Assembly (NCBI GenBank): GCA_964586145.1
Contig: CAZPHH010000009.1
Span: 5,912 to 69,911 of the forward strand
Source of the DNA: an uncultured Phycisphaeraceae bacterium
GTDB taxonomy: Bacteria; Planctomycetota; Phycisphaerae; UBA1845
Direction: 5' to 3'
Length of the DNA stretch: 64,000 bases
Below the pieces are notes generated by a model. The model did no database searches, had not been told where the DNA came from, and worked only from the letters and a program-made list of their open reading frames with translations. Positions 19,903-29,347 of the stretch are shown here, one piece after another (the first letter of the stretch is position 1; each line of letters opens with the position of its first letter). Made by a program: the position numbers and the translations under genes.

Positions 19903-22900
19903 CTATGGCGCCGCCGCATCGCGGCCGTGTCCGCGCGGCTCTCCGCCGGCGAGCTTTGCGACCTCGGTGCCCGCCAGCAGGAACGCGCCGACCCCGTACG
20001 GCATAGAACTGTCAAAAGAGGTCGCCCCCGGCGCCGCGGCGGGCACCTGCACGAACCCGAGCTTGCCGTCCGGGTGGACGGAGGCCGCCAGGGCATCCCA
20101 CGCACTGCGAACGACAGGCGTGTATGTCTCGCGGTCCAGAATGCCCTGATTGACCCCCCACGCCAGGGCGTAGCAGAAGAAGCCGGTGCCGCTGGTTTCC
20201 TTTACGGCCGGATCGTCGGGATCCAGCAGGCTGGGATGCCACGTGCCGTCCGGCGTCTGCAGCTTCACGATGCGGGCCGCCATCTTCGTGAAGAGTTCCA
20301 CGTAGCGCGGGCGGTCGGGATAGTCCTCGGGCATCTTCGATAACACCCGCACCAACCCGGCCATCACCCAGCCGTTGCCGCGGCTCCAGAAGACCTTCTT
20401 CCCGTTGGCCGCGCGGCGGCCGAAGAAGCTCGAATCACGCCAATACAGCGATTCCTCGGCATCAAACAGATAGTCCGTCGTGTGCCACCACTGCTCGTTC
20501 ATGGTGTCCAGGTACTTCCGATCTCCCGTGACGGCGTACAGGTAGGCCAGCGACGGCGGGCCCATGAAGAGCGCGTCGCACCACGCCCACTCGCGGAGAT
20601 GGATGTTGTTCTTCCACTCCAGGGATTCGGTGTGGGGGCGAGCGGCGATCTGGTCGGCCACGTCTTGCCAGTTGGCGATCATCTCCGGGGACTTGTAAAT
20701 TTCGTAGAGCTCGGAATACGTCTGGCCGACGCAGTAATCGTCGGCGAAAAACGTCCGCGGCCCGATCTTCCACTCATTCTCCTCGCCGATCGCTTTCATG
20801 GCCTCGTAATATCGCCGGTCGCCCGTGTGGTGGCCGAGAGCCATCGCGCCGGCATAGAAGGCGCCGTTGATCCAATCGGTCTTGCTGACGGGCAGTTCCT
20901 GCGTGAGTTGCCAGTCCGCCACCTGCCGCATGAGGGCCTCGATCGCCTCGGGGTCGCGTGCGGAACTGGGGCGGGTTTGGTGCATCATGATGGCCGTGCG
21001 GAAGTCGGTGTAGTGGCGATAGTCCCCATTCATCCAGAACAGGCCGGATGCGTCGGCCGGGTGGTTCCGGGCGACGAACGGCCGAATGTTGTGCCTCGCG
21101 GAGTTCCCGGTGATGTGCTCCGATCGCCAGGTCCGGCCCAGGTCGGCCGTGGTCCAGCGTTCGATCTCGAAGCGGTCGTTCCGTCGGCGTGAGAGATACA
21201 CTACGGACGGTTGCGTGTGATCCAGCACCACGCCGCCCGAGTAGTGCGGCTCTCGCTCTCGCTCGCCCTTTGGGGTCTGGGGAAACCACGGACCGGCCCA
21301 GGTAATCTCGTTGTCGATCCACCGGCTGCCGTCCCACGCCGCATAGCGGTAGCGGTGATCCTCTTCCGTGGGGCAGGCCGCGTATACGAGGATCGGACGG
21401 CCGTTCGCGTCCAGCGCGAGGTCCCACACCCAGGCGCGTGCGTTGCCGTGGGCGGCCGCGTCGTACACCTTGTCGGCCTGCGACGGTTCGAATGGAAGAT
21501 CGGCCAGGGCCGCGATTTGGCTGCCGTCGGCCCGGTGAAAGGCGCCGTCATGGTAGCAGGCGTAGTAAACGCTGTTGAGCGGCTCATTTCGCGGGTGCCC
21601 GTCGGTGAAGATGAGGTGGATTTTCTTCCGGCCATCGGTGGCGATTTTGACGTAGGGGCGGTTCCCTTGTGTGTTCTCCTTGCGCGACAGCACCGTTCCG
21701 AGCGGCTCCCAGGACTCACCGTTGTCGCGCGACCGAGCCCAGTTGGGTTTGAAATTGTCGCCTCTCCAGAAGAGGTAGATCGTGTTGTCCTCTTCCGTCA
21801 GAAGAACGGGATTGGGATACGTAACGCTCTTGTTCGGCCGGGGCCCCGTGTGGATGGGCAGAGCGCGTTCCTCGCTCCACGGCTCCAGCGCCTTCGGATT
21901 GCTGCACACGCGGGCGAGCATCTCGTCGCCGCCGTGACGGGAGTAGAAAGCCATGAGCTTCCCGTCGGGCAGAAACAGCAGCGACGGGTTGTCGTGATCG
22001 TCCCGCTGCAGCTTCTCGTGGAGCGTGGCCACGCGGGGCGTCCGGCCGGCCGGGTTGATGCACCCCACCTGAACGGAGCCGTCAGTGCTGAGCCAGCCGA
22101 TGTACGTCCGTCCGTCGTGCCAGACGGCCCTGGGATCCGCAAACCAGCACCACGCGCCGCCCGGGGTGACGACGGAGAACGAGCCGCCGGGCGGCGCATC
22201 GCTTTTGAGCCTGGCCGAGGCCGGGGCAATGAGCATGGTCACCCGGGCCTTCTCAACGGGCTGGGTCAACTCGATTCCCACCCGGGTGGGCTGATCCGGT
22301 ACCCGAAGGTTTTCGTGGATGGCCTCCGGGCGGATTTCGAAGGGGCTGCCTTCCACGGCGATGCGCACTCGAACGGCCGCCTTCTTCCCCAGGATGAGCA
22401 CTTCATCGGGCGCGATGCGTTCACAATGCCCGAACGTGATCAGGGCGTCGGCGAACCTCTCGGGCCCCCGAAAGACGACCTCGTCCACGATCTTCAGGTG
22501 GCCGTCGCCCTGGCGGGAGTACTCGAACGCGCGATGCAGCTTCTCCAACTGCGGCACGTCGTAGGCCGAGGTCAGGTCCAGGACCAGGGTGTCGCTCTGT
22601 TCCGTGAAGTCCGTTCGAAGCACGCGGCCCTGCGCCTCCGCACCCGTCCGTTGAAGCTGACCGGCCACGACGGGGACCGGGTGGCCGAAGGAGTTCAGGG
22701 CCTTGCTGTCGTACCGCCCGCTGCCGAAGGTCCGCGCGGTGTACACCTCCGCTCCCAGCTCGGCAAGGACAATCTCTTTTCCGACCGCCACCACGTATGA
22801 TCCGACGTCATTGTGGTTGTGGTGCTCGGCGTTGTGCCCGCCCTTGAGGGCCACCCCCATTTTCGCGGACGATGCGACGCCTGGCCGGGCAATCAGCACG

Positions 22901-24108
22901 CCGGCGTCTGCAAACCACGTCCGCGGACCGGGGCCGCTGGACGCCTCCGGCGCCGGCGCCGACCGGGAGGCGGAGTTGGGAAAGCCATACAGGAGGACGA
23001 TGGGCAGCGAACTGCGGGACGAGCCCGGTTCCTTCCGCTCCCACTGCTCCAGTCCCAGTCCGAGCCTTCGACTCACGTAGTACATTGCGGCGGGATCCGG
23101 GCGGGTGGCGATCGGGCAATCGGCGAACGCCGGGTACAGGCCGTTGAAGATCTCAAGCCGCGCGCCGAACTGCGCCGGCTCTTTCACTCCCTCGACCGCC
23201 AGGAGGTCCAGGGCCCCTCCGGTCGCCTGGTGAATTGCCTCCACGAGCAACACGTAGTGCCCGAAGCCGTAATTCCAGTAACTCAATCCTTCCGAACAGT
23301 AGCCGTCCGGCGTGAATCCCTGGAGGAAGTACCTGGAGTACAACTCGGCCGCCGCGATGAAGAGCGCCCTCTCGTCACGCGATTCGACCAGGGCCAGCGC
23401 CGCCTGCGTGACTTCGGCCAAGCACACGCTGTTCCAGTTGTTCGTCCATTTCAGCCATCGGTCCGGCGGCCGGTTCCCGTCCAGCGTGGCGAGAAACGGA
23501 TCCAGCGTCCGTCGCCGCACGTTTTCCCGCAGCAACGCCCGCGTCTGCGGCTGGAGCCGATCCCCGAGCAGGTAATCTGCCAGGGCGAGGTTGGCCGACA
23601 GGTGGGAGGACCCGAGATCGATGTGCGTCGCCTTCCCGTGAAAATTCTCGAGCTTCGGGTCGTGCGCCGACATGACCCACGTGCGTTCTGCGCAAAGGGC
23701 GTGAATCACCTCTTCCAGCGCCGGCAGAAACCGGCCCGCGTTCTCCATGCACTCGGCCAGCACAAACGGCGCAATCCGCCCGCGTCGCTGGTTGGCGACC
23801 CTCTCCCACCGGCTGCGGTTTCCGTTTTCCGTGTACTCCAGAAAGAGCGCATCCGGCTGCTCCGGCAGGGGCCCTGTCAGGAGCTTTTCCGCCCGGGCCA
23901 TCCACGCCTGCGACGACTCGCGCTGCGCGAACCGCTTCCAGGCGGCGCGGTCGGCGATGGGCGGACCAAACCCGCACGGGTCGGGGCCGAGCATGGCCGC
24001 AATCTCCCGGACGCGGGCCTCGGGCGGGCGCTCGACCTCCGCGAAGGACAACGGGCTCGAGAGAACCACCGCCGCACACATGACCATATTTGAACAGGTT
24101 GGTTTCAT
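19903..24108 (-). CDS. secreted three-module polysaccharide-degrading enzyme: heparinase II/III-like lyase + BNR_4-like beta-propeller + GH105 (unsaturated rhamnogalacturonyl/glucuronyl hydrolase)
   Basis: Signal peptide MKPTCSNMVMCAAVVLSSPLSFA. N-terminal module with GGHNAEHHNHNDVGSY (heparinase II/III). Middle module WCWFADPRAV...DNGESW (BNR-like). C-terminal YteR/GH105-like module (REWAWCDALFMGPP, WSRGNGWVMAG, SGTGFFCYALAWG). Confidence 0.85.
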   Translation of the reverse strand: MKPTCSNMVMCAAVVLSSPLSFAEVERPPEARVREIAAMLGPDPCGFGPPIADRAAWKRFAQRESSQAWMARAEKLLTGPLPEQPDALFLEYTENGNRSRWERVANQRRGRIAPFVLAECMENAGRFLPALEEVIHALCAERTWVMSAHDPKLENFHGKATHIDLGSSHLSANLALADYLLGDRLQPQTRALLRENVRRRTLDPFLATLDGNRPPDRWLKWTNNWNSVCLAEVTQAALALVESRDERALFIAAAELYSRYFLQGFTPDGYCSEGLSYWNYGFGHYVLLVEAIHQATGGALDLLAVEGVKEPAQFGARLEIFNGLYPAFADCPIATRPDPAAMYYVSRRLGLGLEQWERKEPGSSRSSLPIVLLYGFPNSASRSAPAPEASSGPGPRTWFADAGVLIARPGVASSAKMGVALKGGHNAEHHNHNDVGSYVVAVGKEIVLAELGAEVYTARTFGSGRYDSKALNSFGHPVPVVAGQLQRTGAEAQGRVLRTDFTEQSDTLVLDLTSAYDVPQLEKLHRAFEYSRQGDGHLKIVDEVVFRGPERFADALITFGHCERIAPDEVLILGKKAAVRVRIAVEGSPFEIRPEAIHENLRVPDQPTRVGIELTQPVEKARVTMLIAPASARLKSDAPPGGSFSVVTPGGAWCWFADPRAVWHDGRTYIGWLSTDGSVQVGCINPAGRTPRVATLHEKLQRDDHDNPSLLFLPDGKLMAFYSRHGGDEMLARVCSNPKALEPWSEERALPIHTGPRPNKSVTYPNPVLLTEEDNTIYLFWRGDNFKPNWARSRDNGESWEPLGTVLSRKENTQGNRPYVKIATDGRKKIHLIFTDGHPRNEPLNSVYYACYHDGAFHRADGSQIAALADLPFEPSQADKVYDAAAHGNARAWVWDLALDANGRPILVYAACPTEEDHRYRYAAWDGSRWIDNEITWAGPWFPQTPKGEREREPHYSGGVVLDHTQPSVVYLSRRRNDRFEIERWTTADLGRTWRSEHITGNSARHNIRPFVARNHPADASGLFWMNGDYRHYTDFRTAIMMHQTRPSSARDPEAIEALMRQVADWQLTQELPVSKTDWINGAFYAGAMALGHHTGDRRYYEAMKAIGEENEWKIGPRTFFADDYCVGQTYSELYEIYKSPEMIANWQDVADQIAARPHTESLEWKNNIHLREWAWCDALFMGPPSLAYLYAVTGDRKYLDTMNEQWWHTTDYLFDAEESLYWRDSSFFGRRAANGKKVFWSRGNGWVMAGLVRVLSKMPEDYPDRPRYVELFTKMAARIVKLQTPDGTWHPSLLDPDDPAVKETSGTGFFCYALAWGVNQGILDRETYTPVVRSAWDALAASVHPDGKLGFVQVPAAAPGATSFDSSMPYGVGAFLLAGTEVAKLAGGEPRGHGRDAAAP

Positions 24109-24284
24109 AGTGAACCATGCTAGCGCGCCGGCGGCGGGTGTCAACGCGTATCGAGATCGTCTGGGCAGCCGAGCGAGTGCGGGCGAGCCTGTTCAGTGCC
24201 CCCCTCCAGCGTGATAATCCTCCGTGTGAGCGGTGCAGGCGCGTCCGGACATGGGTTCGAGCGCGGCACGGTTGAGGCACACCC

Positions 24285-25040
24285 ATGGCGGCAAACGAGC
24301 CCCTTCTACCTCTGCTGGAACGCGTCGCGGAGCTTCTGCGCGGTGCAGAGCGCATCGCATGCCTGACCGGGGCGGGCGTCTCGGCGGAGAGCGGCGTGCC
24401 GACCTTTCGCGGCGTGGGCGGCCTCTGGGAGGGCAGACGCCCGGAGACGCTGGCCACGCCGGAGGCGTTCGCATCCGACCCGGAGGAGGTCTGGCGGTTC
24501 TACCTCTGGCGGCGCCGCCTTCTGCTGGCCTGCAAACCCAACCCCGGGCATTGCGCGCTCGCACGGCTTGAACGGCAGAAACCCGGATTCACGCTGATCA
24601 CGCAAAACGTCGACGGGCTCCACCTGCAGGCGGGCAGCCGGCGCGTGCTCGCCGTCCACGGCGACATCTGGATCGACCGCTGCACGCGATGCGGACGCGA
24701 GGCACGCTCCACCGGTGAAGACCTGGAGACCATTCCCCGCTGCGGCGCCTGCGGCGCCCTGGCCCGCCCCGGCGTGGTCTGGTTCGGCGAGATGCTGCCC
24801 ACGGACGTGTGGACGCAGGCCGAACGGGCGGCAGCGTCGTGCGATGTGATGCTGGTCGTGGGAACGAGTTCGCTGGTCTATCCCGCCGCCTCGCTGGCCG
24901 ACGTGGCCCGGGCGGGTGGGGCCACCATCGCGGAGATCAACCCGGAGGCCACGCCTGTAACGTCTCAGGCGGACGTGGCCATTTCGTCCCCGTCCGGCCA
25001 AGCCCTGCCGGCCATCGTGGACGGCCTCGGCACGTCCTGA
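24285..25040 (+). CDS. cobB: NAD-dependent protein deacylase (sirtuin, CobB)
   Basis: GAGVSAESGVPTFRG, QNVDGLH, Zn ribbon CTRCG...CGACG, GTSSLVYPAA. Confidence 0.9.
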   Translation: MAANEPLLPLLERVAELLRGAERIACLTGAGVSAESGVPTFRGVGGLWEGRRPETLATPEAFASDPEEVWRFYLWRRRLLLACKPNPGHCALARLERQKPGFTLITQNVDGLHLQAGSRRVLAVHGDIWIDRCTRCGREARSTGEDLETIPRCGACGALARPGVVWFGEMLPTDVWTQAERAAASCDVMLVVGTSSLVYPAASLADVARAGGATIAEINPEATPVTSQADVAISSPSGQALPAIVDGLGTS

Positions 25041-25195
25041 GGGGGCGCGCCGAGTCGGCCGGCCGCGTTGACGGGGGTCAGCCTCGCCAGTAGCATCACC
25101 CGGTCCCGGACCCCTCCGGAGCCCGACCGGGGTATGGAAAGGGAGGGGAAACGTGCCCCGGCGGGATCGATGGCCCACGCGAGACCGGTTGCCGC

Positions 25196-26002
25196 ATGTT
25201 TGCCGTGATTTCGGACATCCACAGCAACATCGAAGCGCTGACGGCGGTCCTGGAGGACATCGACCGGCGCGGCGTCCGGGAAGTGCATTGCTGCGGGGAT
25301 ATTGTGGGGTACGGGCCGAATCCCCTGGAGTGCCTCGATCAGTTGATCGAGCGAGATGTAAAATCGGTCTGTGGCAATCATGACATTGCCGTGTTCTTTG
25401 AGCCGCTGAACTTCAACGTCAGCGCCGAGCGAGCCGCGTACTGGACGCGCCAGGTCCTGGAGGACGAAGCCCGCAAGGCGTTGCGCAACCGCCGCTGGGA
25501 GATGCTGGGCAACATGCCGGAACGAATGGAGGTGCATGGCCTGCTGCTGGTGCATGCCTCCCCCCGCCGGCCGGTCAATGAGTATCTGTTCTCCGAGGAC
25601 GTGTACACGAACCCGAACAAGATTCTGGCGAATTTCGACCGCCTGGGGCACAACCACCGGGCGTGCGTTGTCGGACACACGCACGTGCCGGGTGTGTTCC
25701 TGGACGATCCCTATTTCGACGCGCCGGGCGACCTGACGGAGACGGATCGGTACGAGCTGACCTCTGAGGAAAAGGCGATTATCAACGTGGGCAGCGTGGG
25801 GCAGCCCCGGGACCGCGACATTCGGGCGAGTTACATCGTGGTGCACGAGCCCGCGGACGAGCCGGACCACGCGAACAACGACCTGCACGCCGTCATCGAG
25901 TTCGTGCGGATCGAATACGATGTGGAGAAGACGGTCAGGAAAATCCTGGCCATTCCTGAACTGGACGATTTTCTTGGCACGCGTCTCCTGGACGGCCGCT
26001 AG
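25196..26002 (+). CDS. metallophosphoesterase family protein
   Basis: MFAVISDIHSN, GDIVGYGP, GNHD and GHTH motifs of calcineurin-like phosphoesterases. Confidence 0.85.
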   Translation: MFAVISDIHSNIEALTAVLEDIDRRGVREVHCCGDIVGYGPNPLECLDQLIERDVKSVCGNHDIAVFFEPLNFNVSAERAAYWTRQVLEDEARKALRNRRWEMLGNMPERMEVHGLLLVHASPRRPVNEYLFSEDVYTNPNKILANFDRLGHNHRACVVGHTHVPGVFLDDPYFDAPGDLTETDRYELTSEEKAIINVGSVGQPRDRDIRASYIVVHEPADEPDHANNDLHAVIEFVRIEYDVEKTVRKILAIPELDDFLGTRLLDGR

Positions 26003-26115
26003 CCTCGTGTCCAGGGTCGGTTCGGGTCGCGCCCCGGCGGGGACCGGCGTGCGGTCCGCGAGAGAGATTTCCGGAACCACCGACGATCGAAGATCGTAGA
26101 GGAGCAGGTCCGACC

Positions 26116-28209
26116 GTGGATCGACGTTCGTTTATCCAAGCCATGCTGTGGGCAACCGCCGCGTTTCTCGTGTTCATCACGGTCTCGCAGCGGTACCTCA
26201 CGCCCCCGACACGACCCGAAGCCCCGGCGGACACAAGGGCCGGCGCCGCGGCAGGTGAGGAATCCGCCGATGCCGCGCCGACCTCTCGCCCGGACACGCC
26301 GGGACTGACCTCCTCCCCTTCCACGCCCGACGGGCTCCGGGCTGCCTCGGCGGAAGACGCCGGGCTTGTGGTCCTGGGAAGCGTGCCGGACGACCCCGAG
26401 AGCCCGTACCGGATGCGTCTGGAGCTCTCGCCGCGCGGCGCCGCGATTCGCACCGCCCATCTGACGGACTTCGCCGCCCGATACGGCAGCGACGAACGAT
26501 ACCAGCTCCTCCAGCCGGAAAAGGGGCCGACCGGCTCGGAACAGCTCTCTCTCGCGCTGGAGAGCATTACCGTCAACCTGCGGACGATTTCTCTGGAGGA
26601 TGCGGTCTGGCAGGTGTCTCCGTCCCACAGCGAGGACGAACAGGCCGCGCGGTTCACGCTGGATCTTCTGAGCGCCGAGGACCAACCTCTGCTCCGCATG
26701 GTGAGAGAGTACGTTCTGCGGCCCCAGACCGTCGAGTCGGGCCGACATGACCTGACCGTGACGTTCTCCCTGGAGAACCTGACAAGCGACATTCTGGACG
26801 TTCGGTTTGCGCAGCGGGGGCCGGTGGGCATCCGCCAGGAGTACAGCCGGGCGGACGACCGGTACGTGTACACGGCCGTCAGCCCGTCCGGCGCGGCGAC
26901 CCTTCCCAAGCTGAGCGGGATCGCCTTCAGCAAAGTCGCGTCCGGCGACAAACCGCTGATCGAATACAAGCGGGACGCGGGCGACCACTTCTGGTGGCAC
27001 GGCGCCGGGAACAAGTACTTCAGCTTCCTCGCCGTGCCGTTGGGCCACGTGAACAACGAGCGGCCGGACTACGTGGTACAGGCGGACGCGCTGGATCTGA
27101 GTCGAGAGAACAAATCGCATACGGGCGTGACGACGCGTCTGGTTCTGCGGGCCTCGGTGCCCCCGGGCGGTACGTGGGAATCGACGCAGACGTGCTATGT
27201 GGGGCCGAACGACAAGGAGTCGTTCGTACGGGAAAGCAATGCGGACTACGGCCGCCTGGGGTTCGGCGAAATCATCAGCGTGCAATACGGGTCATGCGCG
27301 TTCGGCTGGCTGACCGACCTGATGGTGTGGCTTCTGGACGGTCTGCACAAAGCCGTTCCGAACTACGGGGTCGCCATCATCATCCTGGTGATCATCGTGC
27401 GGGCGCTCCTTCACCCGCTGACGCGCAAGGGCCAGATCAACATGGTCCGCATGCAGGAACGGATGGGCAAGCTGCAGCCGAAACTGGAGCAGATCAAGAA
27501 GACCCACGGCAACGACAAGGTCCGCCTCCAGCAGGAAACCATGCGGGTGTACAAGGAAGAGGGAATCAACCCGGCGAGTTCCGTGTTCAACTCATGCCTC
27601 CCCATGATGATCCAGATGCCGATCTGGATCGCCCTGTACACCAGCCTGGCCAACAACATCCAGATGCGGCACCAACCCTTCGTTCTGTGGATTCACGACC
27701 TGACCGCTCCGGATGCGCTCATCACGTTCAGCCAGTCGTATCACGTTCCGCTCCTGAGCGCGCTGACCGGCCCCATCGAGGCGTTTAACCTGCTGCCCAT
27801 CCTGATGGGCATCACCATGTATCTGCAGCAGAAGCTGATGCCCAAGCCGCAGACGCCGGCCAAGCCCTCCGCCGGCGCCGGGTCCGGCCCGCAGTTCGAC
27901 CAGGCCGCCCAGATGCAGAAGATGATGCCCGTCATGTCGGTGTTCTTCTCGCTCATCCTCTACGCGATGCCCAGCGGGCTGAACCTGTACATCATGACCA
28001 GCAGCCTCTTCGGCATGCTCGAGCAGTACTACATCCGCAAGCACATCCGCACGGTGAAGGAACGAAACAAGGAGGAGGGCGGCACGGACGCGGCTGCCCC
28101 CCGGCCGCCGAAACCCTCCCGACCGCCCTCCTGGCTGGCCCGGAAGTTCCAGGACTTGCAGAAACGCGCCGAGGAAGCTCAACGCGTCCAGGGCCGCAGG
28201 AAGCACTGA
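26116..28209 (+). CDS. yidC: membrane protein insertase YidC
   Basis: N-terminal TM, large periplasmic domain, then the conserved core GVAIIILVIIVRALLHPLTRKGQ...MQKMMPVM. Basic C-terminal tail. GTG start with GAGGAG upstream. Confidence 0.9.
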   Translation: MDRRSFIQAMLWATAAFLVFITVSQRYLTPPTRPEAPADTRAGAAAGEESADAAPTSRPDTPGLTSSPSTPDGLRAASAEDAGLVVLGSVPDDPESPYRMRLELSPRGAAIRTAHLTDFAARYGSDERYQLLQPEKGPTGSEQLSLALESITVNLRTISLEDAVWQVSPSHSEDEQAARFTLDLLSAEDQPLLRMVREYVLRPQTVESGRHDLTVTFSLENLTSDILDVRFAQRGPVGIRQEYSRADDRYVYTAVSPSGAATLPKLSGIAFSKVASGDKPLIEYKRDAGDHFWWHGAGNKYFSFLAVPLGHVNNERPDYVVQADALDLSRENKSHTGVTTRLVLRASVPPGGTWESTQTCYVGPNDKESFVRESNADYGRLGFGEIISVQYGSCAFGWLTDLMVWLLDGLHKAVPNYGVAIIILVIIVRALLHPLTRKGQINMVRMQERMGKLQPKLEQIKKTHGNDKVRLQQETMRVYKEEGINPASSVFNSCLPMMIQMPIWIALYTSLANNIQMRHQPFVLWIHDLTAPDALITFSQSYHVPLLSALTGPIEAFNLLPILMGITMYLQQKLMPKPQTPAKPSAGAGSGPQFDQAAQMQKMMPVMSVFFSLILYAMPSGLNLYIMTSSLFGMLEQYYIRKHIRTVKERNKEEGGTDAAAPRPPKPSRPPSWLARKFQDLQKRAEEAQRVQGRRKH

Positions 28210-28261
28210 GCGACAGGCCGGATTTGCCGCACCGGCCGCACGTCGCCCGGTCCGCCGCCCC

Positions 28262-28402
28262 GAGCCCCGAGACGGGCGGGGCAGGCGCTTTTGACTCCCC
28301 CGGGCGCGGGGGTAGGATACCGGTCGGCAGGCACGAAACCGGGCGTCCTGGGATTCGGGGCGCCACGGAAGCCGACACGGAGCCGCCAGTTACCGGAGAA
28401 GG
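28262..28402 (+). promoter_or_regulatory. possible degenerate FMN (RFN) riboswitch-like leader of ribH
   Basis: GGGCGGGGC, GAAGCCGACA and a terminal GAGAAGG (also the RBS) resemble RFN conserved blocks in the right order. The AGUCCGGAUG block is imperfect and I could not draw a P1 helix. Confidence 0.25.
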
Positions 28403-28406
28403 CCGC

Positions 28407-28904
28407 ATGCCACAGGAGATTCATGGCAATCTGGTCGTCCAGCAGCAGCGCTTCGCCCTGCTCGTGACGCGATTCAACGACTTCATCACGTCCAAGCTCC
28501 TGGCCGGAGCGGTGGACACGCTGCAACGCCACGGATGTCCCGACGGGCAGATGACCGTTGTGCGGGTGCCGGGATCGTACGAACTGCCCCTGGCGGCGCG
28601 GAAGCTGGTCGGGACCGGCCGGTACGATGCCGTGATCTGTCTGGGGTGCATCATTCGCGGGCAGACGCCGCATTTTGAGTTCATCGCCGCCGAGTGCGCC
28701 AAGGGCATCGCCCAGGTTGCGATGGAATCGGGGACTCCGGTCACCTTCGGCGTCATCACGGCCGACACGCTGGAGCAGGCCATCGAACGGGCGGGCGCCA
28801 AGGCCGGGAACAAGGGTTCGGACGCGGCCCTGGCCGCGATCGAGCTGGCGAACCTGTACGCCCAGCTTCAGGGCGCCGGCGGCCGCGCCGGCAAGAAGGA
28901 CTGA
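28407..28904 (+). CDS. ribH: 6,7-dimethyl-8-ribityllumazine synthase
   Basis: MPQEIHGNLVVQQQRFALLVTRFNDFIT...VPGSYELP...GCIIRGQTPHFEF...GVITADT. Upstream track-ORF residues rejected. Confidence 0.92.
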   Translation: MPQEIHGNLVVQQQRFALLVTRFNDFITSKLLAGAVDTLQRHGCPDGQMTVVRVPGSYELPLAARKLVGTGRYDAVICLGCIIRGQTPHFEFIAAECAKGIAQVAMESGTPVTFGVITADTLEQAIERAGAKAGNKGSDAALAAIELANLYAQLQGAGGRAGKKD

Positions 28905-28912
28905 CCGCACCC

Positions 28913-29347
28913 GTGAGTCTCGACCGCCACCAGGCCCGTATCCTGGCCATGCAGTTGCTTGCCCAGATGGATGCTCAGGGGGACTCGTTCCTGGACGAGT
29001 TCGACGCATTCCTGGACAAATCGGAGTTGGCGCCGGCCCGCGCGACTCGGACATACGCCGCCGACCTGGCCCGACGAAGCTGGTCCCAGCGTCAGAAGCA
29101 AGACGAGCGTATCCGGGGTGTTGCCAGGCACTGGTCGCTGGAGCGGATGTCTCCCGTGGACCGCAACGTGATTCGGCTGGCCCTGGTGGAGCTCGAAGCC
29201 GGCACGGTGCCGGCTCGCGTGGTGATCGCCGAGGCCATCGAAATCAGCCGCGAATACGGGTCGGCGGAGTCGCCGCGATTCGTAAACGGCGTACTGGATG
29301 CGCTGTACCGACAGCAATCCGCCGCAGGCGGAAAGGACACAGGCTGA
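28913..29347 (+). CDS. nusB: transcription antitermination factor NusB
   Basis: GTG start 9 nt after the ribH stop. RHQARILAMQLLAQ...VDRNVIRLALVEL...INEAIEISREYG-like and FVNGVLDAL motifs. Confidence 0.85.
   Translation: MSLDRHQARILAMQLLAQMDAQGDSFLDEFDAFLDKSELAPARATRTYAADLARRSWSQRQKQDERIRGVARHWSLERMSPVDRNVIRLALVELEAGTVPARVVIAEAIEISREYGSAESPRFVNGVLDALYRQQSAAGGKDTG

Noticed and set aside
24285-26002. Adjacent SIR2-family and metallophosphoesterase genes, considered as a possible anti-phage defence pair.
   Set aside because: The sirtuin is a compact canonical CobB with a zinc ribbon and no effector or sensor fusion. The genes are separated by 155 nt with independent starts, and no other defence hallmarks (HerA, TIR, nuclease, ATPase) are nearby.
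28675-29346. The 529-aa track ORF 28675..30264 reads through ribH and nusB territory into ftsY. The 28224 and 28694 ORF starts similarly over-extend ribH and nusB.
   Set aside because: Homology to FtsY, NusB and RibH starts at 29347, 28913 and 28407 respectively. The upstream parts are out-of-frame overlaps of neighbouring genes.
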